Below, one piece after another: positions 40,901 through 48,743 of a stretch of DNA of 64,000 nucleotides (positions within the stretch are counted from its first letter, which is position 1; each line of letters begins with the position of its first letter). Source of the DNA: Candidatus Fermentithermobacillaceae bacterium (GTDB lineage Bacteria; Bacillota; Sulfobacillia; Fermentithermobacillales; DUSS01). The position numbers and the translations under genes were made by a program. Below the pieces are notes generated by a model, which worked only from the letters and a program-made list of their open reading frames with translations, ran no database searches and was not told where the DNA came from. The stretch lies in NCBI GenBank assembly GCA_020725645.1, contig DYEQ01000029.1:43109-107108 (forward strand). Reading direction: 5' to 3'.

Positions 40901-41331
40901 CGCTGGACATTATCGTTCAGGGCCCCGAAGGCTGGAGGAGGTTCATCGAGCGGGTGTCGAATTCGGAAGGACCTTCCCCCAGGGACGAAGAGATCTCCGG
41001 AGCTGTCGAAGTCTGCCTCGAGATGGAAAGCCGCGGCATATCCTTCGGTGAACTGGATCTATACGCTTCGCACCCGACGAAGTATCTGCCGCGAGGTAAA
41101 AAACTCATACCTCCGCTTATTTCGATACCTGGCTTGGGTGCAAAAGCTTGCGAGGGGATAGCGGTCGCCCGGTCTCAGGGACGGTTTTCCTCCATCGAAG
41201 ATCTGAGGAAGAGGGCCGGGCTGACCAGACGCGCCATAGACACCCTCAAGCAGTATGGGTGTCTCGAAGGGCTGGGGGAAACGGACCAGCTTTCGCTCCT
41301 CGATTTCCTTTCACAGGGAGAAAACCTCTAA
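37939..41331 (+). CDS. polC: PolC-type DNA polymerase III alpha subunit with no recognisable 3'-5' exonuclease insertion
   Basis: N-terminal and OB domains, a contiguous PHP domain (HLHTKMSALD...ITDHG...YGLEGYLVEDG...HITLLVKDQVGLKNLYRIV), the PolC zinc finger CPNCYWCE...CPRCGRDL, and the polymerase core to the PolC C-terminus (AHAVAYVTTAFRIAWYKRHYPEAFYAAYFT). Only 1130 aa. GTG 37939 overlaps the ispG stop. Confidence 0.9.
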   Translation: MSVRFVTPETQVFLGDLLSCIPGEGDAGKGLEMISRLLVVGIEVDTSAGTWTLCLEADNGRLPSGTPREELDRRLREAAVKLERFVPEALEVGFRIQGVSREPGEVKRKGASGGADEDGVILGRPVRSTPVDISSLTGGEKENVTVRGTICDVSVRKGRSGDTVVEMVITDRKDSVFARAFFSDEKFLQLSPGVTVTVRGRSSLDKLSMEPFILCHDICLAEPEMRRDDYPDKRVELHLHTKMSALDSVLDLEKAIERAAFWGHGALAITDHGVVQAFPEAEHLARKYGVKVIYGLEGYLVEDGGDTGPSYHITLLVKDQVGLKNLYRIVTESHLHHFYRTPRIPRGLLSQFREGILVGSACEAGEVFQAVLSGRGSLQDVASFYDYLEIQPSDVNAFLVTDGRVKSREELGLLNKKIVELGLALGIPVVMTGDAHYLDPEDEIYRRILLSVKGMEQGERPAPLHFRSTAELMDEARSYLDPDLARLVVVENPRRIAEQVAPVTPVRPGLHCPRLDDQDDLLRSMAEEGVRKLYGPDPSPLVKERLERELRAIIGNGYAPIYLIAARMVAKSERDGYMVGSRGSVGSSLVARAVGITEVNPLPPHYVCPNCYWCELPNAEGAGSGFDLPPKNCPRCGRDLIRDGQDIPFETFMGFGGDKVPDIDLNFSGEEQQEMFKFITELLGEGNVFRAGTISTVARKTAFGFVKHFTEETGRKLRRAEEIRLVKGIEGVKRTTGQHPGGVMVVPRGEDVLDFTPLQYPADDREAGAITTHFDYESIQGHLIKVDILGHDDPTVLKMLQELTGVDPRSIPMDDPETLKLFSGENPDDALGIPEFGTRFVRTMLTETRPATFADLVRISGLSHGTDVWANNARDLIREGKAKLSQVIATREDIFLYLMKMGLPPERAFGISEKVRKGKPLDEEDISLMREKGVPDWYIQSCRKITYLFPKAHAVAYVTTAFRIAWYKRHYPEAFYAAYFTFHGSALTLDIIVQGPEGWRRFIERVSNSEGPSPRDEEISGAVEVCLEMESRGISFGELDLYASHPTKYLPRGKKLIPPLISIPGLGAKACEGIAVARSQGRFSSIEDLRKRAGLTRRAIDTLKQYGCLEGLGETDQLSLLDFLSQGENL

Positions 41332-41421
41332 AAGCTCGAAGAGCACTGTGCACCACTTTTCTGCGAAAATTCCGAGCGCTCAACCAGCATATGCTTTGCC
41401 GGCCGAGTAGCGCCGGGCCGG

Positions 41422-42009
41422 TTAAGCGTCGCTCGGGCAGGCCGTCTGTCTCAACCTGAACAACGGGTCGGATACGGACTTGATGAGATAGACCGAGACG
41501 GGCACCTCCAGGACGAAAGAGATGATCCTAGGGGGAATGAGTACCGGCCAGGGTAATCCGAAGAGGGAATGGAGGAAATAGGGCGTCAACCCCAGAGAGA
41601 CGGTCAGCTGTCCGGCCATGACGGACAGGACCGTGGCCCAGACCTCCAGCTTTTCCCCGCGCTCTTTGCGGAGAAACCGGTAGACGGCACCGGGGATAAA
41701 ACCGGCCAAAGCTGCCGTAACCGTGAAGTGGGGCATATAAGGACCCATCGGGCTTAAGAAAAAGCCCGCCACGTCGGCGACGGCCCCCGAAACGGCGCCT
41801 GCGACCGGAGAAATCACGAACCCTGCGATGATATTGGGGATCCTCCCGAAACCGATCCTGATCCCTTCAATCCCTCCGATAGCTACCCTTATCGAAGCAT
41901 ATCTGGTAAGCACCACGGACAATGCTGCCGTCATAGCGACGAAGGCGACGTCTCGTACCCGGTGGCGGCCCGGGGATTCGCGCGTAGGCTTTTCACCGTA
42001 GCGTGTCAT
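41422..42009 (-). CDS. ECF transporter S component (substrate-capture subunit, vitamin/folate-type)
   Basis: Small six-transmembrane protein of the ECF-S type. ATG 42009 is preceded by GAGAGGAGGA; the ORF as listed extends to 42084. Confidence 0.6.
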   Translation of the reverse strand: MTRYGEKPTRESPGRHRVRDVAFVAMTAALSVVLTRYASIRVAIGGIEGIRIGFGRIPNIIAGFVISPVAGAVSGAVADVAGFFLSPMGPYMPHFTVTAALAGFIPGAVYRFLRKERGEKLEVWATVLSVMAGQLTVSLGLTPYFLHSLFGLPWPVLIPPRIISFVLEVPVSVYLIKSVSDPLFRLRQTACPSDA

Positions 42010-42712
42010 GCGTGTCCTCCTCTCGCGGCTGGAAACCTGGTTGCCGGCGCGCCCAAAAGACACAAGCTCCGGGGCTACCGGCAAATAACCCGCCTTTCAC
42101 TGTACATCAGCTGACGTCCGAAGCCAAGATGCCACGGGACAGCTGCGACGGATAGGAGATTCCCCCGACCTTTCCAACGGGTGGCACTTGCGAACTCTAA
42201 ATGCGGGGTGGTAAGATCGTGTTGCCGAAAGGCACCTTTCCCTGCTGTGTGCGTGGGTCACGGTGAGCTTGAGCCAACACCGTTGACAAGGGAGCCTGGG
42301 CTCCGTTGCGTGGCGTGCAGGCCTCCTGGTCCTGCAGGAGGAAGCACATAAGCCGCGGGAGGGCACCCACCTGCGAGAGCGGGTTCAACGTCCTCCGAGA
42401 TTCACGGCACGGCGGGGATTTATAGCGCGGTCCCACAAGGTCGTCCTCCATCCTCCCGCTTTGGTGCCTCTGCGACTTCGGAAATGTGAGCTTCGTAATC
42501 CTCAGCCCCGATATGAAACACCGGCATATCCGAATTTCCGCAGGAATTAGCTTCCGGGCAGCCTGTAGGTACGGCTTCACGTCGAATCGAATGCTATTTG
42601 CTGGTGGTGCTCAAGACAAGAATGAAGCCTTCAGATCGTGAAACCTTTCGGCGGCTCCGTTGTATAGGTCAGATGGAAGAAGGTCAATGAACACCTAAAA
42701 GGAGGTTCCGCT

Positions 42713-43090
42713 ATGGATCTTCAAGAAATGCTGGGTCAAGTCACTTCCAGACTGGAGCAGTTTATATCCACAAAAACGGTGGTAGGGGAGCCCATAACCA
42801 TCGGGAACGTTTCGATCGTACCCCTTCAAACGGCGAGCTTCGGATTCGGTTCCGGCGGTGGTGAAGGGAAGACCGCCAACAACACCGGGACCGGCGGCGG
42901 CGCCGGCGCAGGAGCGAGCTTACGTCCTGTAGCTCTCGTAGTGGTTAAGGGCGACGACGTAAAGGTGTACGGGCTCGGGCGCAAAGGAATGCTCGAGGCC
43001 CTCATCGACCTGATACCCGAGGCGGTCTGCAAAGCTAAGCAGACGGTGAAAGAGCGGGAAAGCTCACCTGGCGAAGCCGAGAATAGCTAA
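42713..43090 (+). CDS. ytfJ: Sporulation protein YtfJ/GerW family
   Basis: 125 aa with VVGEPITIGNVSIVPLQTASFGFGSGGGEG...LRPVALVVVKGDDVKVYGL, the GerW/YtfJ signature; AAAGGAGG RBS. Confidence 0.8.
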   Translation: MDLQEMLGQVTSRLEQFISTKTVVGEPITIGNVSIVPLQTASFGFGSGGGEGKTANNTGTGGGAGAGASLRPVALVVVKGDDVKVYGLGRKGMLEALIDLIPEAVCKAKQTVKERESSPGEAENS

Positions 43091-43639
43091 TAGGGGATTA
43101 CCCAGGAGGGACACCGTCGGCGAGCCAACGGGGGGAGGAGGCACCGTTCCCGGAGACCAGATTGACTTCGAAACGCCCTGTCTCAAGCTCAAGTTCTCAG
43201 TTTCGTATAAGTTTTTTACGAGGCCGGATAGGGAGGCCGAATACTTGCCCGCGGTCGTCCCTCACCACTTGTTTCAGCCAGACGCTGGAAGACTACCGGA
43301 AAGGCGAAGACACGGTTTTAAACTGGTTGATTCAGCACCACCGTGACCTCTAGGTCCGCTAGAGGCCGGCCGCCGTATCCGGGGAGGAATGTTCGATTGC
43401 TGACAGTGTTCATTCTGACGAAAAGCATGACCGAACAATGAGCTTCCAGCCGAACAGTACCCGGGAGGTGCAGGACAAACCGACATGGAACTGTACTCAA
43501 AGCCGTATCCAAAACTAGTGATGAGAGCCTCGCTGGGCCTGTTAGCGGACCCCGGTTCCACCTGTATCGTCGGGAGACGGCAGAAGCGGTTGGCCTGCAG
43601 CGTACATACGGAGAAGGGTGAGTCAGGGTCTATTCCCCA

Positions 43640-44251
43640 TTGGACTGGAGTGGAATCGTGGAGGAAATAGACGGTGAGACCCTGCGGCGATGCGTCCGTG
43701 GCGATGAGGAAGCGTTGAGGAAGCTCTTCCGGGCGTACGAGCGCTATGTCTATGCCCTATGCTTCGGGTTTACGCAGGATCGGGAAGAAGCTTTGGACTT
43801 GTGCCAGGAATCTTTCGTCCGGGTTTTTCGGGGGCTCAAGGATTTCGATTTAAACCGGCCTCTCAAACCGTGGATCCGCCGGGTAACCATCAATGTGTGT
43901 ATCAATTATGGCCGGAAAAAGGAAAGGTACCCGCAAACTGTGAGTCTCCAGGCGAATTTCGAGGGAAATCCGAACCTGGAGCTTCCTCCGCCTTTCCGAG
44001 GTATATCGCGGGATGTGAACCCCGAAAGGCACGTTGAACTTCGCGAGACCATGGAAGAGGTGCGTGAAGCTCTGCGGGAACTTCCGCCCGAGGAACGGTT
44101 AGCTTTGGTCTTGCGCCACCAAGAAGGCCTCAATTACGCGGAGATAGCGGCGGTAACGGGCTGGCCTCTCGGCACGGTTAAGACCCACCTCTACCGTGCA
44201 CGGCAATCATTGAAACAAAAGCTGGTTCATCTCCGGGGCGGTCCCCGGTAA
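43640..44251 (+). CDS. ECF-type RNA polymerase sigma-70 family factor
   Basis: Region 2 (ALCFGFTQDREEALDLCQESFVRVFRGL) and region 4 (LPPEERLALVLRHQEGLNYAEIAAVTGWPLGTVKTHLYRARQSLK). TTG 43640; GTG 43658 is the alternative start. Confidence 0.85.
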   Translation: MDWSGIVEEIDGETLRRCVRGDEEALRKLFRAYERYVYALCFGFTQDREEALDLCQESFVRVFRGLKDFDLNRPLKPWIRRVTINVCINYGRKKERYPQTVSLQANFEGNPNLELPPPFRGISRDVNPERHVELRETMEEVREALRELPPEERLALVLRHQEGLNYAEIAAVTGWPLGTVKTHLYRARQSLKQKLVHLRGGPR

Positions 44252-44265
44252 CGGGGGGTCATGTC

Positions 44266-44895
44266 ATGGTCAGCGAAAGGTTAGGGGAAAGTCATCTGGA
44301 TGAAGAGATCCTGTCGCGAACGTTCGACGGGGAGGTGAGTCCCGCCGAATTCGTGGATGTCTTGAGACATCTCGGCCGCTGCGACCGCTGCCGGCGAGAT
44401 GCCCGCGAGTTTTGGCACGTCATCTCGGTTCTCTCGGACCTTTCCCCGACTCTGTCCAAAGAGGCCGGGGACCCTTCGGACAACCTCGCCACCCTCGAAG
44501 AGGTAGTGCTCTCAAAGCTTTCCGACCTCATTTCCATTCACTGGACCTCGTGTATTCCTGGCGTGCGCCCATCGAAGGCGAAGATGGTTCGCTTGAAGGC
44601 GGACATCGAGCTACACACGAGGAGAGCTGTCAGGGTGAAGCTCGGCCAATTAAAGAGCGGGATTCTAAGCTGCATTGCACAGGGTTCTCCGTCTGACTTC
44701 GAGATGCGGCCGCACCGCCGGAGGTCACTTCTCCAGGTATGCCTCCGGGCGAGGCGGTTTCCCCGGCTGCTCCACGTCCTCGGGAAGCGCATCCGTCGCC
44801 CCCTCGGCAAAGTAGCTCTTATCGCATGGTCCAGCGGGCAGTTGTTCGCCCGGGCTTTCAAGAAGCTTTGCGTAGGGACGCCGGAGGTGAGCTGA
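44266..44895 (+). CDS. Putative zinc-binding anti-sigma factor (ZAS, HxxxCxxC)
   Basis: N-terminal HLGRCDRCRRDAREF (H-x3-C-x2-C) directly after the ECF sigma gene. 209 aa with a basic C-terminal half and no transmembrane segment. Confidence 0.55.
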   Translation: MVSERLGESHLDEEILSRTFDGEVSPAEFVDVLRHLGRCDRCRRDAREFWHVISVLSDLSPTLSKEAGDPSDNLATLEEVVLSKLSDLISIHWTSCIPGVRPSKAKMVRLKADIELHTRRAVRVKLGQLKSGILSCIAQGSPSDFEMRPHRRRSLLQVCLRARRFPRLLHVLGKRIRRPLGKVALIAWSSGQLFARAFKKLCVGTPEVS

Positions 44896-44896
44896 C

Positions 44897-45769
44897 GTGG
44901 AATACGTTGTTTTCATCCTAGCCTTTCTGGGTAAGGTCCTGGGGACAGTAATCCTGTTCCTTTTGGTTGGGTTCTTGTTCGCGCTCGTCGCCCCCGTTCG
45001 CTTGGGATGCTCCGCAGCCGGAATCTTCCGCGGTTGGGCAGCTCTTTTGGAAGAGGACCTTCCAGATGCCGGGTCAGGGGTGCGAAGCGAGGGGCGCTTT
45101 GAGGGAGAGGTATCGGTGCTGGGAGGCCTTGTCCAAGCTTGGGTGTCGGGACCGGGTACAAACAGAGATGCGAGTCCTTCGCGGGGCGGGATCGACACCC
45201 AGATCCGTCTCTTTAAGCTGTTTACGATAGGACCGGGGAAGTCGCCGGGTAAACCCGGAGCTGTCCCTTCCAAAACGACGGACGCCATGAGGCCGGCCGG
45301 TGAAACAGGCGAAAGGGCAGGCAAACTTAAGCGGAAGCGGGGCCGGACGCCCAAGGTTCCGTCGCCCAAAGGGCATGGAACGTTTTCCAAGGTCTTCGAG
45401 AGTCTTTCTAAAGAAGATTTCCGCGCCGAGGTCATTCGCGCATTACGAGCGCTGTCCCGGGCAATTCATCTCAAAATCAGGGGCGAGGCGGATTTCGGTC
45501 TGGGTGACCCCGGCGCGACGGGGATGGTCTACGGTATAGCTCAAAGCTTTATGGGCTCTCTTGGAATCACGGAGCTTACCCTAACCCCCAACTTCGAGGA
45601 AGATGTCCTGCGAGTGAAAGCTTCCATGGAGGCCTGGTTCATCCCCGTGGCCGTTCTCTTGATACTGGTCAGGACCGTGTTCTCTGCGCAGGTGAGATCC
45701 CTCTGGTGGAAAAGGGAGAAGGCGCGTCAATCTAAGCTCCGCACCGCTGTGAAGGGGCCTGCGAGCTGA
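44897..45769 (+). CDS. Hypothetical membrane protein (DUF2953-like) downstream of the sigma/anti-sigma pair
   Basis: 290 aa with N- and C-terminal transmembrane segments, a basic low-complexity middle, and a conserved-looking GEADFGLGDPGATGMVYGIAQSFMGSLGI segment. Confidence 0.45.
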   Translation: MEYVVFILAFLGKVLGTVILFLLVGFLFALVAPVRLGCSAAGIFRGWAALLEEDLPDAGSGVRSEGRFEGEVSVLGGLVQAWVSGPGTNRDASPSRGGIDTQIRLFKLFTIGPGKSPGKPGAVPSKTTDAMRPAGETGERAGKLKRKRGRTPKVPSPKGHGTFSKVFESLSKEDFRAEVIRALRALSRAIHLKIRGEADFGLGDPGATGMVYGIAQSFMGSLGITELTLTPNFEEDVLRVKASMEAWFIPVAVLLILVRTVFSAQVRSLWWKREKARQSKLRTAVKGPAS

Positions 45770-45780
45770 TCATTGCGCCA

Positions 45781-45797
45781 TGTCAGAAAATCTTACA
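45781..45797 (+). promoter_or_regulatory. GlnR/TnrA box TGTCAGAAAATCTTACA upstream of glnRA
   Basis: Exact match to TGTNAN7TNACA, 6 bp upstream of the -35 of the glnR promoter. Confidence 0.7.
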
Positions 45798-45803
45798 TAA
45801 ACA

Positions 45804-45832
45804 TTGACCCTCTGTCCGACCGGGGATACAAT
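45804..45832 (+). promoter_or_regulatory. Sigma-A promoter of glnRA (TTGACC-N17-TACAAT)
   Basis: -35 TTGACC at 45804-45809 and -10 TACAAT at 45827-45832 with a 17-bp spacer, 30 bp upstream of glnR. Confidence 0.6.
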
Positions 45833-45861
45833 GCTGGCATAGCTAGACTCGGGGCTGGTGG

Positions 45862-46290
45862 ATGATGCGGGATAAGACGACTCCGGTATATCCCATGGGG
45901 ACTGTCTCCAGACTGACGGGTTTGTCTCCGCGGCAGATTCGTTACTACGACAAGCTCGGCCTCGTAACCCCTTTCCGAAGCAAAGGAGGACACCGTCTTT
46001 ACTCCCAGCAAGATGTCGACGATCTGCTCTTCATCGGCGGCCTTTTACAAAAGGGATACTCCATGACGGAAATCCGCGCGGAGATGGGGAGGAGAAGACA
46101 AGCGGCGAAGGAGGCGCGGGTGAGGCGTCCTGTGACGGAGATGGACGCAAGTTTCCGCTTCAACTCCATTTCCGAACCGTCTTCGCTGTTTCCGGTGATT
46201 AAGCGGCCGGAGGTGCTGAAGAGAGTACGACCACGCCCGCATCCGTCCCGGGAAGCGAAAACCCGTCACCAGGAGGATAAGGGAAAATGA
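45862..46290 (+). CDS. glnR: MerR-family glutamine synthetase repressor GlnR
   Basis: PMGTVSRLTGLSPRQIRYYDKLGLVTPFRSKGGHRLYSQQDVDDLLFI, a MerR HTH. Directly precedes and overlaps glnA. Confidence 0.85.
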   Translation: MMRDKTTPVYPMGTVSRLTGLSPRQIRYYDKLGLVTPFRSKGGHRLYSQQDVDDLLFIGGLLQKGYSMTEIRAEMGRRRQAAKEARVRRPVTEMDASFRFNSISEPSSLFPVIKRPEVLKRVRPRPHPSREAKTRHQEDKGK

Positions 46291-47633
46291 ATTGTCTCAA
46301 TGTAAAGAAAGACGTTTGCGAGAGAGTTCTCAACGAAGCGAGGGCAAAAGACGTAAAGTTTGTCATGCTTCAGTTTTCTGACATCCTGGGCATCGTGAAG
46401 AACGTCGCCATCCCCGTGGAGAGGCTGGGAGAAGCTCTCGCGGGACACGTCTTTTTCGACGGTTCGTCCATCGAGGGGTTCGTCAGAATCGAAGAGTCCG
46501 ATATGGTGCTTCTCCCCGACCCCGGCACTTTCGCGGTATACCCGTGGAGGACCAACGGAGGAACGACGGCGCGGCTTATCTGCGACGTATATACGCCCGA
46601 GGGAAAGCCCTTTGAAGGATGCCCGAGAGGTGTTCTATCGAGGGCGAGGGAAGAGGCCCGGCGCATGGGGTTCTCCATGATGGCCGGACCGGAGCCCGAG
46701 TTCTTCCTTTTCGAACGGGACGCCCAGGGAAAGCCGTCTCTCGTGACCCACGATCAGGCAAGTTACTTCGACCTTTCCCCGGTGGATACGGGGGAAGAAG
46801 CTAGGCGCGATATGGTGCTCGCTCTTACTGCGATGGGATTCGACGTGGAGGCTTCCCACCACGAGGTGGCGCCGGGACAGCATGAAATCGATTTCAAGTA
46901 CGCGGATTGCCTCACCACTGCCGACAACATCGTCACTTTCAGGTTCGTGGTCAGAATGTGCGCCATGGAGCACAACCTTCATGCTACCTTCATGCCGAAG
47001 CCGATTTTTGGTGTCCCTGGTTCGGGGATGCACATACATCTTTCCCTTTACGACGAAAAAGGAAACGCCTTTTGGGATCCTGACGGGGAATACCAGCTTT
47101 CGGACACCGCCCTTTACTTCATCGGGGGCCTCGTGAAGCACGCCCGGGGATTCACGGCAATTTGTAACCCCGTGGTCAACTCATATAAACGCTTGGTGCC
47201 GGGATACGAAGCTCCCGTCTACGTGGCCTGGTCGCTGAAGAACAGGAGCCCACTCATACGAGTTCCGGCAGCCAGAGGCGACAAGACCAGGATAGAGCTG
47301 AGGAGCCCCGACCCGTCCTGTAACCCGTATCTCGCTCTCGCGGTGATACTCAAGGCTGGTCTCGACGGAGTGAAGAACAGAATCGCTCCGCCTCCACCCG
47401 TATCCGAGAACGTTTACTCCATGCAGGATGAGGAAAGGGAATCTCTGGGCATCGATGTGCTTCCCGGGAGTCTCAAGGAAGCTCTCGACGCCATGGAGGA
47501 TGATCCCCTTATCAGAGAGACCCTGGGGGACCACATCTACTTCCGTTTCCTCGATGCCAAGCGGCTCGAATGGGACATATACCGGAAGCAAGTTCATGAA
47601 TGGGAGATTAAGCAGTATTTCACCATGTTCTAA
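46287..47633 (+). CDS. glnA: Glutamine synthetase type I
   Basis: 448 aa GS-I with beta-grasp and catalytic domains (FDGSSIEGF..., NPYLALAVILKAG). Confidence 0.95.
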   Translation: MNCLNVKKDVCERVLNEARAKDVKFVMLQFSDILGIVKNVAIPVERLGEALAGHVFFDGSSIEGFVRIEESDMVLLPDPGTFAVYPWRTNGGTTARLICDVYTPEGKPFEGCPRGVLSRAREEARRMGFSMMAGPEPEFFLFERDAQGKPSLVTHDQASYFDLSPVDTGEEARRDMVLALTAMGFDVEASHHEVAPGQHEIDFKYADCLTTADNIVTFRFVVRMCAMEHNLHATFMPKPIFGVPGSGMHIHLSLYDEKGNAFWDPDGEYQLSDTALYFIGGLVKHARGFTAICNPVVNSYKRLVPGYEAPVYVAWSLKNRSPLIRVPAARGDKTRIELRSPDPSCNPYLALAVILKAGLDGVKNRIAPPPPVSENVYSMQDEERESLGIDVLPGSLKEALDAMEDDPLIRETLGDHIYFRFLDAKRLEWDIYRKQVHEWEIKQYFTMF

Positions 47634-47801
47634 CAGGGGAGATACCGGGAGGCCGGACGGTTCGCCGCGGAACGTCCGGCCCCGGAGGAACCAGTTCACC
47701 GGCTCCGGGCAGGTACCCAGAGCTGGTTTCCGCCAATGCCGCACATAAACGTTCAAACGGACCCACTAGCTTTGCAAGACGAGAGGCGGGCCACTCGGGT
47801 C

Positions 47802-48668
47802 CTAAGAACGGTCGATTGCAAGCCAGCGCTCCATGTTCAGGCGAGCTGCCTGCCTCCCGGTCTCGATGAGTCTCCTTACCTCCTTTGGAGTGGGAAAGCT
47901 GGTGGGACCTGTCTCGGGTTGTATGACCAGAGAAGCGTACTCCGCCAGATGTCTTGCGGTTGCATCTCTCTCCATGATGGCAAAGGTCCGAAGTAACACT
48001 CCGATCATGCCGGAGACCTTCTGCGGTTTATCCGACTGCGATGACACGTCCACTGCGACCACTTCCTCGGCGCCCATCCTTCTTACCTCGTAGGCGGGAA
48101 CGAGTTCTCTGACGCCTCCGTCCACCAAAATCCTTTCTCCCAGGATTTTCGGAGCGAAAACGACCGGGATGGAGATGCTGGCCCGTACCGCCTGAGATAC
48201 CGTGGCGTCTAGGATATACGATCGCCCCGGTCTTGAGGAATAAGGGGATGGCGGAGATTCCGATGTGAAGACCACCGTCTCGCCGGTGACCAGGTCGACG
48301 CTGACGATGGAAATGGGCAGGTTGACTTCGGCAAGCTTCTTTCCCCGCGTGACCTCGTGGAGGATGGCCTCGATGATTTCGCCTCCGATGAGGCCTTTAA
48401 CCCTCGGCAGCGACAGAGCGTGAAAGCGGGGAACACACGGAGAAAGCGCTTTTTCCTGTTCGAGGGATAGGGTTTCCATCGCCGAGGCGATATCGGGTAG
48501 CGGAATGTCCAAGGCGTATAACGCCGCGACGATCGCGCCCGCGCTTGTCCCGGCGATGCAAGACGGACGAAGTCGGTGTTCCTCCATTGCCTCGAGGACT
48601 CCAAGATGGGCAAAGCCCAATACGCCGCCTCCGCCCAGGCAAAGCCCCCACTTCGCCATGGCGAGCAC
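47802..48668 (-). CDS. Patatin-like phospholipase
   Basis: GGGVLGFAHLGVLEAM oxyanion glycine-rich loop, GTSAG nucleophile elbow, and DGG motif. Confidence 0.85.
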   Translation of the reverse strand: MLAMAKWGLCLGGGGVLGFAHLGVLEAMEEHRLRPSCIAGTSAGAIVAALYALDIPLPDIASAMETLSLEQEKALSPCVPRFHALSLPRVKGLIGGEIIEAILHEVTRGKKLAEVNLPISIVSVDLVTGETVVFTSESPPSPYSSRPGRSYILDATVSQAVRASISIPVVFAPKILGERILVDGGVRELVPAYEVRRMGAEEVVAVDVSSQSDKPQKVSGMIGVLLRTFAIMERDATARHLAEYASLVIQPETGPTSFPTPKEVRRLIETGRQAARLNMERWLAIDRS

Positions 48669-48743
48669 CTCGTTTTTGAGAGGAAACTGCGGTAGAATTA
48701 CCTTATTAATGATACTCAGCCCAATGCGGAGGCGTTACCGTCG

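Noticed and set aside
42176-42195. T-box-like GGGUGGCACUUGCG on the plus strand
   Set aside because: Only a partial match to AGGGUGGNACCGCG, with no downstream terminator/antiterminator and no aminoacyl-tRNA-related gene downstream; ytfJ is a sporulation gene.
42061-42510. tmRNA or RNase P identity for the 42.0-42.7 kb spacer
   Set aside because: The minus-strand 5' end GGGGCUGAGGAUUACGAAG resembles a tmRNA 5' end and pairs with a distal UAGCCCC. However, no tRNA-like T-arm or CCA terminus and no ...ALAA-stop tag frame could be found. The RNase P P4-like fragments occur in the wrong order. It is left as an unclassified structured-RNA candidate.
47802-48668. Patatin gene as part of a CBASS or other anti-phage system
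   Set aside because: No cyclase, nucleotidyltransferase, STING/SAVED domain or other defence partner nearby. Its neighbours are glnA, a DUF3048 lipoprotein and ddh.
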